64,000 bases of DNA from Planctomycetota bacterium (GTDB lineage Bacteria; Planctomycetota; GCA-002687715; CAIWVZ01), in assembly GCA_044222185.1 (NCBI GenBank), contig JBGANV010000006.1:32001-96000 (forward strand), given 5' to 3'. How positions within the stretch are numbered: position 1 is the first letter of the stretch; every line of letters begins with the position of its first letter. Below the pieces are notes generated by a model that was not told the origin of the DNA, ran no database searches, and saw nothing but the letters and a program-made list of their open reading frames with translations. The position numbers were made by a program, and so were the translations under genes. This document shows, piece after piece, positions 46,402 through 56,994 of this stretch.

Positions 46402-47385
46402 TCATCGTGCAAGAACCGCACCCACGAGAAGGCTCGGTCCCACGAGCAGGTTCCAGCGATAGAAGTCGCCGGCGAGGCCGCGAGCGTCGTCCGTGCGGGT
46501 GTGGAGATGCGCAATCACGAGGCACGTCGTCGCGAGTGCGGGGCCGATCAGGAAGCCAGGTTTCAGCGACCCCAGCGGGAGGGCGGCGACGAACGCGGCG
46601 ATCGCGAGTGCGTGGCAGACCCGTGAGACCGCCGCCACCGTCGGCGCGGCAAACGCCATGGGCCGCTCGAACGCGCCGGGATCCCCAAGTTGCCGCAGCC
46701 GCGGCTGCAGACTGAAGAGCATGTCGAAGCCGGCGGCCCAGAGCATGGTCCCGATACCGATGGCCGTCGGCGCGAGGACGTCCGCATCGATCGTTCCTCG
46801 CAGTGCGAGGAACGCACCGATGGGGCTGACGCCCAGTCCAAGTCCCAGGAGGAAGTGCGCGACGCCCGTCCGCGCGCGCACGGTCGCGTACAGGAGCAGG
46901 AGTCCGACGACGCCGATCGACAACTTCCCCGTGAGCTCGTTCTGCATCCAGGCGACGAACACGAAGACCAACGCCGCGTGGATGGCGAACGCGAGCCAGA
47001 TCGCGCGCGGCGTGGAGTCGAGCTTCTTCTGCTCGCGCCGCGTGCGCGGATTGATGACGTCTTCCGGCGCGCCGAAGTACCGCAGGAGGCTGACGGCCAG
47101 CGCGCGCCCGAAGAGTACTGAGATCAGGATCAGTACGGTCTCACCCAGCGTCGGCCACGGCGGGCGCGCGATCAGGACGCCGATCACCGGGAACGGTGCC
47201 GCGTGCAGCGTCCGCGCCACGTGAACGCGGCGATGGACCGCACTGACGATCCGCCGCACGCGTTCGAGCCAGAACGGGATCTCGGGCGGAGCGAGTCGTG
47301 TCGATGACGTCGACTCGTCGCCGCCCCCCGACGTCACTTCGTCTTGAGCCACTGATCGAACCACTCGAGAACCGTCTTGTTCCAC
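46402..47385 (-). CDS. UbiA/MqnP-like prenyltransferase, degenerate Asp-rich motifs
   Basis: TLHAAPF, NPRT, HFLLGLGLGVSPIGAFLA, LWAAGFDM; multi-TM; start uncertain. Confidence 0.75.
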   Translation of the reverse strand: MEQDGSRVVRSVAQDEVTSGGGDESTSSTRLAPPEIPFWLERVRRIVSAVHRRVHVARTLHAAPFPVIGVLIARPPWPTLGETVLILISVLFGRALAVSLLRYFGAPEDVINPRTRREQKKLDSTPRAIWLAFAIHAALVFVFVAWMQNELTGKLSIGVVGLLLLYATVRARTGVAHFLLGLGLGVSPIGAFLALRGTIDADVLAPTAIGIGTMLWAAGFDMLFSLQPRLRQLGDPGAFERPMAFAAPTVAAVSRVCHALAIAAFVAALPLGSLKPGFLIGPALATTCLVIAHLHTRTDDARGLAGDFYRWNLLVGPSLLVGAVLAR

Positions 47386-49370
47386 AGCTGGCCGTTCTTC
47401 GGCTTGAGCACCCAGTGACCCTCGTCAGGGTAGTAGAGGAACTTGGACGGGATGCCCTTGCGTTGCAGCGCCGTGAACAGCTCCAGACCCTGACTCACGG
47501 GCACGCGGTAGTCGAGCTCGCCATGCACGACCAGCGTCGGCGTCTTGAACGCGGCGACGAACTGGTTCGGCGACCACTTGCGGTACAGCTCGGGGTTCTC
47601 CCACGGCGGACCCTTGAACTCCCACTCGGCGAACCAGACTTCCTCCGTCGTCCCGTACATCGCCTCCAGGTTGTAGACGCCGGCGTGGGACACGAGCGCC
47701 TTGAACCGGTGATCGTGGCCCAGAAGCCAGTTCACCATGTATCCGCCGTAGGACCCGCCGGCTGCGCCCAGCCGATTCGCGTCGATGTACCCCGTGGCGA
47801 TCATGGCGTCGAGGCCGCGCTCGATGTCCTCGTAGACCGCGCCGCCCCAGTCGCCGGAGATCTGCTCGCAGAACGGATGGCCGAAGCCCGTCGAGCCGTG
47901 CGGATTGGGCGCGAAGACCACGTAGCCCTGCGCGGCGTAGATGGCCGGGTTCCAGCGGGTAGACCACGCATCCATCCACGCACCCTGGGGTCCGCCGTGG
48001 ATGAACGCCAGCATGGGCCACAACTTCGTGGCGTCGAAGTTCGGCGGATAGATCACCCACCCCTGGATCGATTCGTTGCCGGCACCGCGCCACGTGACCG
48101 GGGCCCGCGTCGGCATGGCGCGACTCTTCGTGAGTGCGAGACCGTGGGACGTCAGCCGCGCGAAGTCCTGTGTCTCCGTGTTGAAGCGGAACAGGTCCGG
48201 CGGATTGACGAGGGTCGCGTGCACGACGACCGCCGTCTTGGCATCGGCAGTCAGTGACGCCGAGTACGAGTTCGGGCCGCTCCACACCTTCTCGATCTTG
48301 TCCGAGTTCGGTTTCACCTCGAACCATGCGTGTGACCCGCCCTCCTCGGTCGAGACCAGGAGGTTGCCGTTGGGGAGCCAGAGGATCTCGTCGACGCCGT
48401 CTTCGAGCGCGGTCGCCGTGCGGCGCGTCGTTCCATCCTCGACCTTCAGCAGCATCAGCCGGAAGAGGTCGCTCTCGTAGCCGCCGCGCGCCTGCGAGCG
48501 ATACGCGACCCACTTGCCGTCGGGCGAAGGCACTGGCGAGCCATCCCAACCCAGGTTGTTCGCCGTGAGGCACTTCACCGGGCCGCCCTCCGCGGGAACG
48601 GCGCACAAGTCGGCATTCGTGCTCCAGGCTTCCGCCGGCGGTGCCGCGCCGCGCGTGAAGTAGATCAGCTTGGAATCGGGGCTGAAGGCATAGTCGGACG
48701 GCCCGCCGAGGTTGAACGGCGGCGCTTCGCGATCCTCCTTCGTCACCTGGGTGACCGCGCCGTCGGCGACGTTCGCCACGAAGATCTGCGACCGCTTGCC
48801 GTCGCGGAACGCGTTCCAGTGGCGGAAGAGGAGGCCCGTGAAGATCTGCGCCTTCACGCCGCTCTTCTCGCGACGCTCGTCCTCGGCCTTCTGCGCGGCG
48901 TCGCCTTCGATGGCCGGGTAGACGTCGGCGGCGAATGCGAGCTTCTTGCCGTCTGGCGCCCACACGATTCCCGACGCGCCCGTCGACACGGAGGTCACGG
49001 TGCGGATCTCGCTCCCGTCGGGCTTCATCACGTGGATCTGGGGCAGTCCGTCCTTCTTCGTGACGAAGGCGACGAGCTGCCCGTCAGGCGACCACCGCGG
49101 CTCGGTCTCGCCCGTGCCCTTCGTGATCTGGCGCGGCTCGCCGCCGGCCATGGGCACCATCCAGATGTGGTTGACGACCTTGTTCGTCTCGAAGGACGCT
49201 TCGCCGACGGTGTAGAGCACGGACTTCCCGTCGGGGGAGACCTGCGGGTCGTTCACCCGAGGCGCCGTGATCACGTCATCGGCCGTGAGAGTCGGCTTGG
49301 TCGTTCCCTGCGCGGCGAGCGTGCCGCACACGAGAAGCGCCGTGAGCGCACTGGCGAGCTTGCGGTTCAT
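47334..49370 (-). CDS. S9 family peptidase (dipeptidyl-peptidase 5-like)
   Basis: PD40 propeller repeats; HGGPQ, GGSYGG, HGELDYRVP, PDEGHW triad motifs; signal peptide. Confidence 0.95.
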   Translation of the reverse strand: MNRKLASALTALLVCGTLAAQGTTKPTLTADDVITAPRVNDPQVSPDGKSVLYTVGEASFETNKVVNHIWMVPMAGGEPRQITKGTGETEPRWSPDGQLVAFVTKKDGLPQIHVMKPDGSEIRTVTSVSTGASGIVWAPDGKKLAFAADVYPAIEGDAAQKAEDERREKSGVKAQIFTGLLFRHWNAFRDGKRSQIFVANVADGAVTQVTKEDREAPPFNLGGPSDYAFSPDSKLIYFTRGAAPPAEAWSTNADLCAVPAEGGPVKCLTANNLGWDGSPVPSPDGKWVAYRSQARGGYESDLFRLMLLKVEDGTTRRTATALEDGVDEILWLPNGNLLVSTEEGGSHAWFEVKPNSDKIEKVWSGPNSYSASLTADAKTAVVVHATLVNPPDLFRFNTETQDFARLTSHGLALTKSRAMPTRAPVTWRGAGNESIQGWVIYPPNFDATKLWPMLAFIHGGPQGAWMDAWSTRWNPAIYAAQGYVVFAPNPHGSTGFGHPFCEQISGDWGGAVYEDIERGLDAMIATGYIDANRLGAAGGSYGGYMVNWLLGHDHRFKALVSHAGVYNLEAMYGTTEEVWFAEWEFKGPPWENPELYRKWSPNQFVAAFKTPTLVVHGELDYRVPVSQGLELFTALQRKGIPSKFLYYPDEGHWVLKPKNGQLWNKTVLEWFDQWLKTK

Positions 49371-49410
49371 TCTGATCCATCTCCTCGATTGAGGCGAAGA
49401 TCATATCCGC

Positions 49411-51411
49411 TCACTGCGAGTAGATGGTGGCGGTCGCGATGCCGAAGATGTCGAAGAACCCCGTTCGCCGAGCCGCGAACGAGAGGCTCACGACTTCGGG
49501 GAACGACGCAGGAATCCCCATGAGGAAGGCGCCGTGGCGGTCGATGCCCGGAATGGCGAGCGTCATCGCCTCGCCGGAAGGGCCATGCAACGTGACCGTG
49601 CCAGGGTTGTTGTGGGGCGGGCTCGTCTGCGTCGTCGTGAGTACCAAGAGGCGATTGCGACCTCCGACGACGGGTGGGGCGAACTCGTAGACGAACGGGG
49701 CGGGCCAGCGATCGTCGGTGGCTTCCGCTTCTGCCGCGGCCTGCGGACGATCCCGCCTCGTTCCCTCCCGCCTCGAGGCGGGGTCGACGTCCGTCGTGAA
49801 CTCGACGCCTTTCAGGTTGAGACCAGCCTCGCCACCATCGGTCCGGATCGCCACCCGGAGCTTGGGATCGGGCTCCGTACAGAGGATCGGCAGGACGACG
49901 TCGGCCTGCCCCGGCTTCCATTGCGTCGTGTAGGAGATGGTCTCGGTGCTGATGACCACGTCGATCGGTTTTCCGGACACGTTGCCGCGCAGCCGCAGGC
50001 CGATGGAGCCGTCGGGAGAGAACGCGACGTTGTTCGCGTCGATCCAGCCGGTGAGAGAGCGCGTGCTGATCGTGTGTTTGCCGACTTTCAGCGGGCACGT
50101 CTTCGCGAAAGCCACCTCCGTCTCGGGTCCGAGAATGGTGCCGAGCGGCGTCACGCGCTTCGGCGCCAGCTCCGCGAACACGTTGCCGATGTTGCGCAGC
50201 GGAAACTGCACGCAGAGCACGTCGTGCATCTGCATCTCCCACACGACGGTCTGCGGCAACCGGGCGGGCCGCGATTCCACGGGCAGCGACGTCGACGGAC
50301 CGCTGTCCGTCTTGTCCTTGCCGCGCACGTAACTCGACACGAGGCGGCGCAGCGGATCCACGGAGCCCGCGCCGGGCCATGCGTGCATCTCGAGCCCTTC
50401 GTTCGTGAAGTGGCGGATGTACTTCGGAAACCGTGTGTTCGCCGTGAAGCTCGTTCCGGAGATCGCGATCGTGGGCGGCTTCTTGGAGTCGCCGGCCTTG
50501 GCGAGCAACTTGCCGCCCTTGCCCTTCCACTTCACGTCGAAGCGCTTGGACTCCCGCCTGGGAATCCACTCGAGCGCCGGGGAGTCGGGCGCGATGCCGA
50601 TCATCTTCACGATGTCGCCGGGATCGGGCTTCATGTCGAGGAACTTGATCTCCGTGTCCCGTTCGGACTCGGGCTTCCACAGCCCGGCGACGCGTGCAAC
50701 TTCTTCGGCGGCGACGAGCTGCCCGTCGTCGTTCCAGTGGCTGTCGTAGACGTAGTAGAGGACGCGGTCGGACGCCTTCGCGAAGGCCGTGCGCAGGTCC
50801 GCGAACGTGACGCCGGCGCGGGCCAGTCCGTCGGTGAGGATCGGGTACAGATCGCGGCGGGGATCGAACCCGCGGGGAAGGTGCTCGGGGTAGACCTCGG
50901 ACTTGCGGGGGATCGGAGCGAGAATCAACTTCACGCCGTTCGACGCGAAGCGCCGATTCACCGCCGAGATCATGGAAATCGCGGGAAGCACCGTTTCCGT
51001 CGCGGGACGGCTCAACAGGTCGACGCGCTCGCCGAGGTAGACCCAGCCGTCGCGCCCGACGCGGGCCTCCGACTTCGCCTCACCGAACTGGAGGAAGAGG
51101 AACGCCGCGTAGTAGGAGATGAAGCTCCGCCGCACGCGCGACGTGAAGCGCAGGTCGCGCTCGATCACCTTGCACTTGGTCCCGTCGAGCCAGCTCACGG
51201 TCTTGCGCAGTTCGTCCTCGCGAGCCTTCTCCTGCCCCAGGAGCTTGGGCGCCGGCACGGGCCATCCCATGTCGATGACGAGCGTCGACGAGATGAAGAG
51301 GCAGAAGAAGACCGTCAGCACGACGGAGATCCCCTTGCGCACGGCGGAGGGCGGCGTGACGCTCTGGGGCTCGCCGCCGGCCGACGGCACGTCAGAGGAC
51401 GGAGCCGACAT
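49411..51411 (-). CDS. AlgJ/AlgX-like SGNH polysaccharide O-acetyltransferase
   Basis: N-terminal TM; GRDGWVYL, PRKSEVYPEHLP, DSHWN, GTSF, VVWE. Confidence 0.82.
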   Translation of the reverse strand: MSAPSSDVPSAGGEPQSVTPPSAVRKGISVVLTVFFCLFISSTLVIDMGWPVPAPKLLGQEKAREDELRKTVSWLDGTKCKVIERDLRFTSRVRRSFISYYAAFLFLQFGEAKSEARVGRDGWVYLGERVDLLSRPATETVLPAISMISAVNRRFASNGVKLILAPIPRKSEVYPEHLPRGFDPRRDLYPILTDGLARAGVTFADLRTAFAKASDRVLYYVYDSHWNDDGQLVAAEEVARVAGLWKPESERDTEIKFLDMKPDPGDIVKMIGIAPDSPALEWIPRRESKRFDVKWKGKGGKLLAKAGDSKKPPTIAISGTSFTANTRFPKYIRHFTNEGLEMHAWPGAGSVDPLRRLVSSYVRGKDKTDSGPSTSLPVESRPARLPQTVVWEMQMHDVLCVQFPLRNIGNVFAELAPKRVTPLGTILGPETEVAFAKTCPLKVGKHTISTRSLTGWIDANNVAFSPDGSIGLRLRGNVSGKPIDVVISTETISYTTQWKPGQADVVLPILCTEPDPKLRVAIRTDGGEAGLNLKGVEFTTDVDPASRREGTRRDRPQAAAEAEATDDRWPAPFVYEFAPPVVGGRNRLLVLTTTQTSPPHNNPGTVTLHGPSGEAMTLAIPGIDRHGAFLMGIPASFPEVVSLSFAARRTGFFDIFGIATATIYSQ

Positions 51412-51646
51412 GGCGCTCCGGAAATCCGACGAGCGGAAGGTCTGGTGCGACGAACACGAGGTCGTCGCGAATGCAGTGGCGGGTTGAGACCACGGGAGTC
51501 GAAGGTGCGTGCGTGCGTCGATTCAGCGGGAGGCGCGAGCGTACGCGCGTGCCTCCGCAGCGGCAAGCGATGGACCGCGATCGCAGGCCTGCCTTCCGCT
51601 CACGTTCCTATCGACAACGCGCCGGGACTTCAGGAAGCGAGTCGTC

Positions 51647-53542
51647 TCACAGGTCGAACACGACGGGAACGCTCAACGTGGGCCCACCCGCGCCGAGCCA
51701 CGCCGCCTGGATGCGGCAACCTCGAAGCCCCAGGGCGAACGGGGGACGGATGACCGGGGGAAGCGCCCAGGCTCCAGCGCCGTCGAACGCGGATGGTGTC
51801 GCCGGTCCGAGGGCGCCGAGGCCGTCCGCGAGCACGAGCGAGGCGAACGGGTTGCAGTGGATCGCCGCGCCTGCGAACGGGAGGGCCGGTGTTTGCGCCG
51901 GATCGAAGAGGACGGTGACGGGCGCGTTCGCGGGGCCCCCGCCCACGCTCAACGTCATCGTCCCGCCGGGGGCGGGTGCCGTGGGCGTGAGCGCGGCCGC
52001 GCCCGCGTAGCCCGAGAGCACCTGGGAGGGGAGCGTGAGCTTGCCCAATCCGAACTCGTACGGCGCATTCGCCGTCGACAGGCCCGTCGGGTCCGCGAAC
52101 GCGCGCATGAGCGAGCGGAGCGCGCCGCGGGTCTGCGTGATGCCGGGCACCATCGTCGTGAAGAGAGCGGCAGCGCCGGCTGCGTGCGGCGCGGCGGCGC
52201 TCGTGCCGGCAAACGTGCCGTAGTACGGATCGATCACGGCCGACGGCGCCGTGATGTCGGGCTTGGCCAGCGAGGGATCCTCGGGTGACGGTCCGAAGCT
52301 CGAGTACCCGGCGATGATGCCGTTGCTCCAGTGGCTCACGTGCATGGCCGCAACCGCGAGCGTCTCCGGCACGGAGGCGGGCAGGCAGATGCTGCCGGCC
52401 CGGTGCGCGGCGGCGCCGCTGAAGCTCGCGGCGCCCCAGACGAAGAGTTTCACACGCTTGTGAGTCTGACCGGGGGGCAGATTCACGAGGCGCACGCGGA
52501 GGCTCGCACCAGGCACGGCGCCGCCTCCGTAGTAGATCTCCTCGTACGCCTGCTGCGTGCCGTTCTGCACGTTGCTTGCGGTCGCGATCACGGTGCCGGT
52601 GGCGTCGAGCAGGTCCAGGTCGTAGTCGATGGACGTCGTCGGCCACGAGTCCCACGACAGCGAGAAGATCGATCCGCCGAACACGTTCACGGGAATCGAA
52701 TTGCCGAAGCCGGGCCAATCCATGCTGCCGTCGCTGTCGCCGTCGACGAACAGCCCGTCCGTGTGGGCGCCGGCGGAGTTTCCGGCCGCGAGCACGGCGA
52801 GACCGCCGGCGCTCGAGAGGATGTCCACGAACTGGTGCGAGAGATCCCCGGCGGCGCTCCAGAAGTTGCCCGCCGTGATGCAGTAGGAGTTGGACGTGAT
52901 CAAGCAGCCTTGCGAGACGGCCCACTGGTGCGCGAGCACGATGTCCGTGTCGGCCTCGATGTGCGCGGCGTAGAGCTGCGCTTGCGGTGCCATGTCATGC
53001 ACGATCTTCAGGCACGAGGTTCCGTGGTTGCCGCCGCTCTCGAACGGCGACGTGGCGTAGTTGATCGTGATGACGTTCGGGGGGATGTAGCCGTTCGCGA
53101 CCGCGTTCGAGAACTGCGAGAACTGCGGATCGACGACGCAGACCTTGCTCCCCTGACCCTGGTTGCCGAGCGCGTGCTGGGCCGGCGCGTTGGTGAGTGG
53201 CACGCCGTTGTTGACCGGATGCGCCGTGTGCGGCGGACGAACGAACGTCACGCGTGGATCGCTCGCGAGCCGAACGAGAGCGGGCCCATCGGCGAGCCCG
53301 TCAGCCCAGTCCGGTCCACGGCGGATGGCCGTGACCCCCGCGCCGATCGCCGCGGATGTGCATGCGTCGGCGGGGTTCGTCCACAGCACGATGCGTCGCG
53401 GTTCGGAGTCACCACGTCGCGCGGACGCCTCCAGTCGATAGTCCAACGTCGGGTAGAGACGGTCGCGACCGTCCTGGGCGAGTCCCAGTCCGACGGCCAT
53501 GGCAAACGCAACGACGACGCGCACCTGTTTCAGCTGGGACAT
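51647..53542 (-). CDS. Secreted S8 subtilisin-like peptidase
   Basis: VCVVD, NHGT, AAGN, SSFGP, KPDI, GTSAAAPH; start re-picked at MSQLKQ. Confidence 0.9.
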   Translation of the reverse strand: MSQLKQVRVVVAFAMAVGLGLAQDGRDRLYPTLDYRLEASARRGDSEPRRIVLWTNPADACTSAAIGAGVTAIRRGPDWADGLADGPALVRLASDPRVTFVRPPHTAHPVNNGVPLTNAPAQHALGNQGQGSKVCVVDPQFSQFSNAVANGYIPPNVITINYATSPFESGGNHGTSCLKIVHDMAPQAQLYAAHIEADTDIVLAHQWAVSQGCLITSNSYCITAGNFWSAAGDLSHQFVDILSSAGGLAVLAAGNSAGAHTDGLFVDGDSDGSMDWPGFGNSIPVNVFGGSIFSLSWDSWPTTSIDYDLDLLDATGTVIATASNVQNGTQQAYEEIYYGGGAVPGASLRVRLVNLPPGQTHKRVKLFVWGAASFSGAAAHRAGSICLPASVPETLAVAAMHVSHWSNGIIAGYSSFGPSPEDPSLAKPDITAPSAVIDPYYGTFAGTSAAAPHAAGAAALFTTMVPGITQTRGALRSLMRAFADPTGLSTANAPYEFGLGKLTLPSQVLSGYAGAAALTPTAPAPGGTMTLSVGGGPANAPVTVLFDPAQTPALPFAGAAIHCNPFASLVLADGLGALGPATPSAFDGAGAWALPPVIRPPFALGLRGCRIQAAWLGAGGPTLSVPVVFDL

Positions 53543-53629
53543 GGCGGGCTCCAAGGCTTCACCGAACGGCCGGCACTTTACTCCGCCTGCCGTCATGCAT
53601 GGAAGCGCGAGGCGCCGCGTCCCCCGCGG

Positions 53630-54988
53630 TCAGTACTCGATCAGGGTCCTGGTCACGCTCGAGATGCCATCGAGGCCCGAGGCATTGGTGCTGACGACCT
53701 GCACGTGGATCACCATGTCGAACCCGGGGAAGAGTGGGATGCTGTTCAAGCTGATCCCCGCCGTTCCGCTACCGACCCCCGAGAGACCGGTGAAGATCGC
53801 GGGGAAGGTGTTCACGGGGAAGAGCGCCTGGAAGAGCGCGTCGCTCAGATCGAGCTCGAACCCGCCCACGCCCGTCTGGATCGGCGTCGCGAGGCGGGTG
53901 AAAGCCATGGCCACGACGTACCCGCTCGAGGGAGATTGCGCCGTCACGTTGAAGGTCGCGAACTTGTTCCACGAGGTCACAGGGACGGCGTACCCGTTGA
54001 TCGACGGCGCGGGGAGCACCGAGCCCGTGATCGCTGGGGATGGCGTCGCCACGAGGACGCACCCGTCACCCCCGGCGCCGCCGGGGGAGCAGCCGCAGTT
54101 GAACATCGTCGCGCCGCCGCCTGCACCGCCCGTCGCGGCCACCGAGCCGGTCGCACCGATGGTCACCGACGGCGCCAGAAGCTGGATCAATCCACCCGCG
54201 CCGCCTCCACCACCGCCGCCGTTGCCCGCGCTCGTCCCGCCGGCGCCACCTTTCGCGAAGACGAAGCCGTTGATCGTGATGGGGCCGTCGGCGGCGATCA
54301 CGATGAATCCACCGCCACCGCCACCGCCGCCACCGCCGTCATTCAATGCGAGGTTGCTCGGATCGTCCACGTCGTTGCCGCCGCCGCCTCCGCCCGAGCC
54401 GCCGCGGCACGGAGTCACCGTCGGTCCTCCGGCGCCGCTCGCATTCGACGTGAGTCCCGAGTTCGGAGCTCCGCCGGATTGACCGACAGTCCCGTTTCCG
54501 CCTCCTCCTCCGCCGCCGACCGGATCGGTGAACGGGCCACCGACGACACCGCCGTCGGTGCCAGGCACTCCACCACCAGGACCGGCCCCGACGGTGCCGC
54601 CGCCAGTGGCTCCCGTTCCGCCAGCGCCACCGTTGTAGGCGCCCGGGCCGCCCACGCCGCCGGCGCCGCCAGCCGTGTTGTTCGTGCTCGTCCCACCCGC
54701 GCTCCCAGATGCGTCGATCGTCCCGTCGATCGTCACGGCGCCCTGGCAGCGGAGGATGAGGACGTTGGCGCCGGTGTAACGGATCGTGACGCCCGCGGGG
54801 ATGTTGATCGACGTGTAGTTGAAGAGGTTCTTCGTCGTCGTCGAGAAGAACATGGGACCTGCCGGTGCGAACGCGCCGTCGATCCCGGTGCCCCCGTTGA
54901 CGGGGACGAGCGAGGTCTGGGCGCAGACCACGATGCAGAGGACGGACATGGCGACGAACGCTCGATCGAGGCCGAACCGGTGATTCAT
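53630..54988 (-). CDS. Secreted glycine-rich protein
   Basis: Signal-like N-terminus; [37 protein letters not shown] polyglycine blocks. Confidence 0.8.
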   Translation of the reverse strand: MNHRFGLDRAFVAMSVLCIVVCAQTSLVPVNGGTGIDGAFAPAGPMFFSTTTKNLFNYTSINIPAGVTIRYTGANVLILRCQGAVTIDGTIDASGSAGGTSTNNTAGGAGGVGGPGAYNGGAGGTGATGGGTVGAGPGGGVPGTDGGVVGGPFTDPVGGGGGGGNGTVGQSGGAPNSGLTSNASGAGGPTVTPCRGGSGGGGGGNDVDDPSNLALNDGGGGGGGGGGFIVIAADGPITINGFVFAKGGAGGTSAGNGGGGGGGAGGLIQLLAPSVTIGATGSVAATGGAGGGATMFNCGCSPGGAGGDGCVLVATPSPAITGSVLPAPSINGYAVPVTSWNKFATFNVTAQSPSSGYVVAMAFTRLATPIQTGVGGFELDLSDALFQALFPVNTFPAIFTGLSGVGSGTAGISLNSIPLFPGFDMVIHVQVVSTNASGLDGISSVTRTLIEY

Positions 54989-55109
54989 GGCGAGACTTTC
55001 CCTTGGCATTGCAGCCAGGTTCCTTATCGGACTCCTGGAGGTCGATTCATCAGCAGGCCCGGCGGGCCGTGGGGTCGCAGGCGCCGACCCCGGGTAGAAT
55101 CCGCGACCC

Positions 55110-56894
55110 ATGGCCGATGAAAACAAGCGACAGGTCTTCGGCAGCTTCAAGGACTTGCGCAAGGCCCTGGGCGGAGGCGAAGACCCGCCTGAGCCTGAGC
55201 CGACGACGCCCGCTGGCGGTGGAGAGGGCGACGATCCGGCGTTGGACGAGGCGGCCGCCGAGCAGTCGATCCGCGAGATCCTGGCGTCCATGGGCGACGC
55301 GTTCGGTCCCATGGAGCACGGCCCGGCCTGCTATCGCGACGTCGAGAGCGAGGAGATGCTCTTGCTCGCCTCGTTCCGCGTTCGAACGATCTTCCCGGAC
55401 GCCGTGAAGGCCGAGGTCTCCGGGCTGCCCCGCGACCCCAGGCCCGAGGACTACGCCGGTCGCGCCGACCTGCGGCAGGAGCGCATCTTCACCATCGACG
55501 GTGAAGACGCGAAGGACTTCGACGACGCGATCTCGATCAAGCCGCTCGAGGACGGCGGGTACGAACTCGGCGTCCACATCGCCGACGTCAGCCATTACGT
55601 GACGAAGGGAACGGCGCTCGACCGCGAAGCGATCGCGCGTGCGACCAGCGTGTACGTCGCCGACCAGGTCGTCCCCATGCTGCCGGAGGAGCTGTCCAAC
55701 TTCCTCTGCTCGCTCATGCCGCATCGGGATCGCCTGGCGTTCTCGGTGATCATGCGCTTCGACGCCAAGGGCGAGGTCACAGGCACGCGCATCTTCAAGA
55801 GCGTCATCCGCTCCATGCATCGCTGCACGTACCGCGTCGTGCAGGACATCCTCGACGGCAAGGACACGGAGGAGACGCGCCCCTTCGCCGACATCACGGA
55901 GGACCTGAAGCACTTCGAGCGCTGGACGAAGCGCCAGCAGCAGATCCGCGACTCCAAGGGATCGCTACGCCTCCAGAGCTCGGAGCGGAAGTTCCAGTTC
56001 AACGAGAAGCACGAGGTCGTGAAGATCTATCGGAGCGCGAACTACTTCTCGCAGGCGCTCATCGAGGAGACGGCGCTCGCGGCGAACCAGGCCGTCGGTG
56101 ACTTCTTCCTGGCTCGTGACCTTCCCACGATCTACCGGATCCACCCGGAGAAGGACGAGGAAGAGCTCGAGGGCGTGAAGAAGACGCTGGCGCAGCATGG
56201 GATTCGCGTGCCCGACAAGCGACTGACGGGACGGGACATCGGACGCATGATTCGGGAGGCGCGCAAACGGCCGAACGCCGAGGCGCTGATCTCGCGCATC
56301 ATGGGCCTCGTCGAGCGCGCCGTCTACGAGGTCGTGCGGCCTGGCGAAGATGCCCCGCATTGGGGATTGGCGCGGCAGCATTACCTGCACTTCACGTCGC
56401 CGATCCGGCGTTATCCGGACCTCATCGTCCACCGCTGGCTGCATGACGTGATGACGCGACAGAAGGACGCAGTGTCCGAGCTGCTCGAACCGGAGCAGAT
56501 CCTCGAATTGTGCGACGTCGCGAGCCAGTGCAGCGGGCAGGCGGAACTCGCGACGATGGTGGAGTCCGCCGTCGACGACCTGAAGACGTGCCAGTACATG
56601 GATCGCTACGTGGGCCAGGAGCTCACGGCGATGGTGCAGCGCGTGTCGCTGTACGGCATCGAGGTGTTCCTGAAGGAGCACGACGTCACGGGATTCCTGC
56701 CGGCTCGCAACCTCGAAGGGCGCAAGAAGCTCGAGGGCCCCGTCCTGAGCATCGTGAATCCCAAGGGCGGGAGCCGCGTCTTCCGCGAGGGAGACCCCAT
56801 CGGGATCATCGTCGCTGCCGTGGATTTCGTGCGGCTCGAGGTGCTTCTCGAACTCGCCGACCTCCACCACAAGAAGAAGGCCTCGAAGAAGTAG
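55110..56894 (+). CDS. RNB-domain exoribonuclease (RNase R/II family)
   Basis: TIDGEDAKDFDDA, VHIADVS, PMLPEELS, HFTSPIRRYPDLIVHR, C-terminal S1. Confidence 0.93.
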   Translation: MADENKRQVFGSFKDLRKALGGGEDPPEPEPTTPAGGGEGDDPALDEAAAEQSIREILASMGDAFGPMEHGPACYRDVESEEMLLLASFRVRTIFPDAVKAEVSGLPRDPRPEDYAGRADLRQERIFTIDGEDAKDFDDAISIKPLEDGGYELGVHIADVSHYVTKGTALDREAIARATSVYVADQVVPMLPEELSNFLCSLMPHRDRLAFSVIMRFDAKGEVTGTRIFKSVIRSMHRCTYRVVQDILDGKDTEETRPFADITEDLKHFERWTKRQQQIRDSKGSLRLQSSERKFQFNEKHEVVKIYRSANYFSQALIEETALAANQAVGDFFLARDLPTIYRIHPEKDEEELEGVKKTLAQHGIRVPDKRLTGRDIGRMIREARKRPNAEALISRIMGLVERAVYEVVRPGEDAPHWGLARQHYLHFTSPIRRYPDLIVHRWLHDVMTRQKDAVSELLEPEQILELCDVASQCSGQAELATMVESAVDDLKTCQYMDRYVGQELTAMVQRVSLYGIEVFLKEHDVTGFLPARNLEGRKKLEGPVLSIVNPKGGSRVFREGDPIGIIVAAVDFVRLEVLLELADLHHKKKASKK

Positions 56895-56994
56895 CGCGTG
56901 CGCGCCGGTCCCGCGGACAGGTGCACGCGGGCTCGGACTGCGGATGGCTCATGCTGGTGGCTCCGGTTCGCCGGGAGCACGAATCGAAGAACGA

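Noticed and set aside
47334-49370. S9 peptidase as the RiPP leader protease
   Set aside because: It is about 39 kb away and looks like an ordinary secreted DPP5-like enzyme; nothing links it to the locus.
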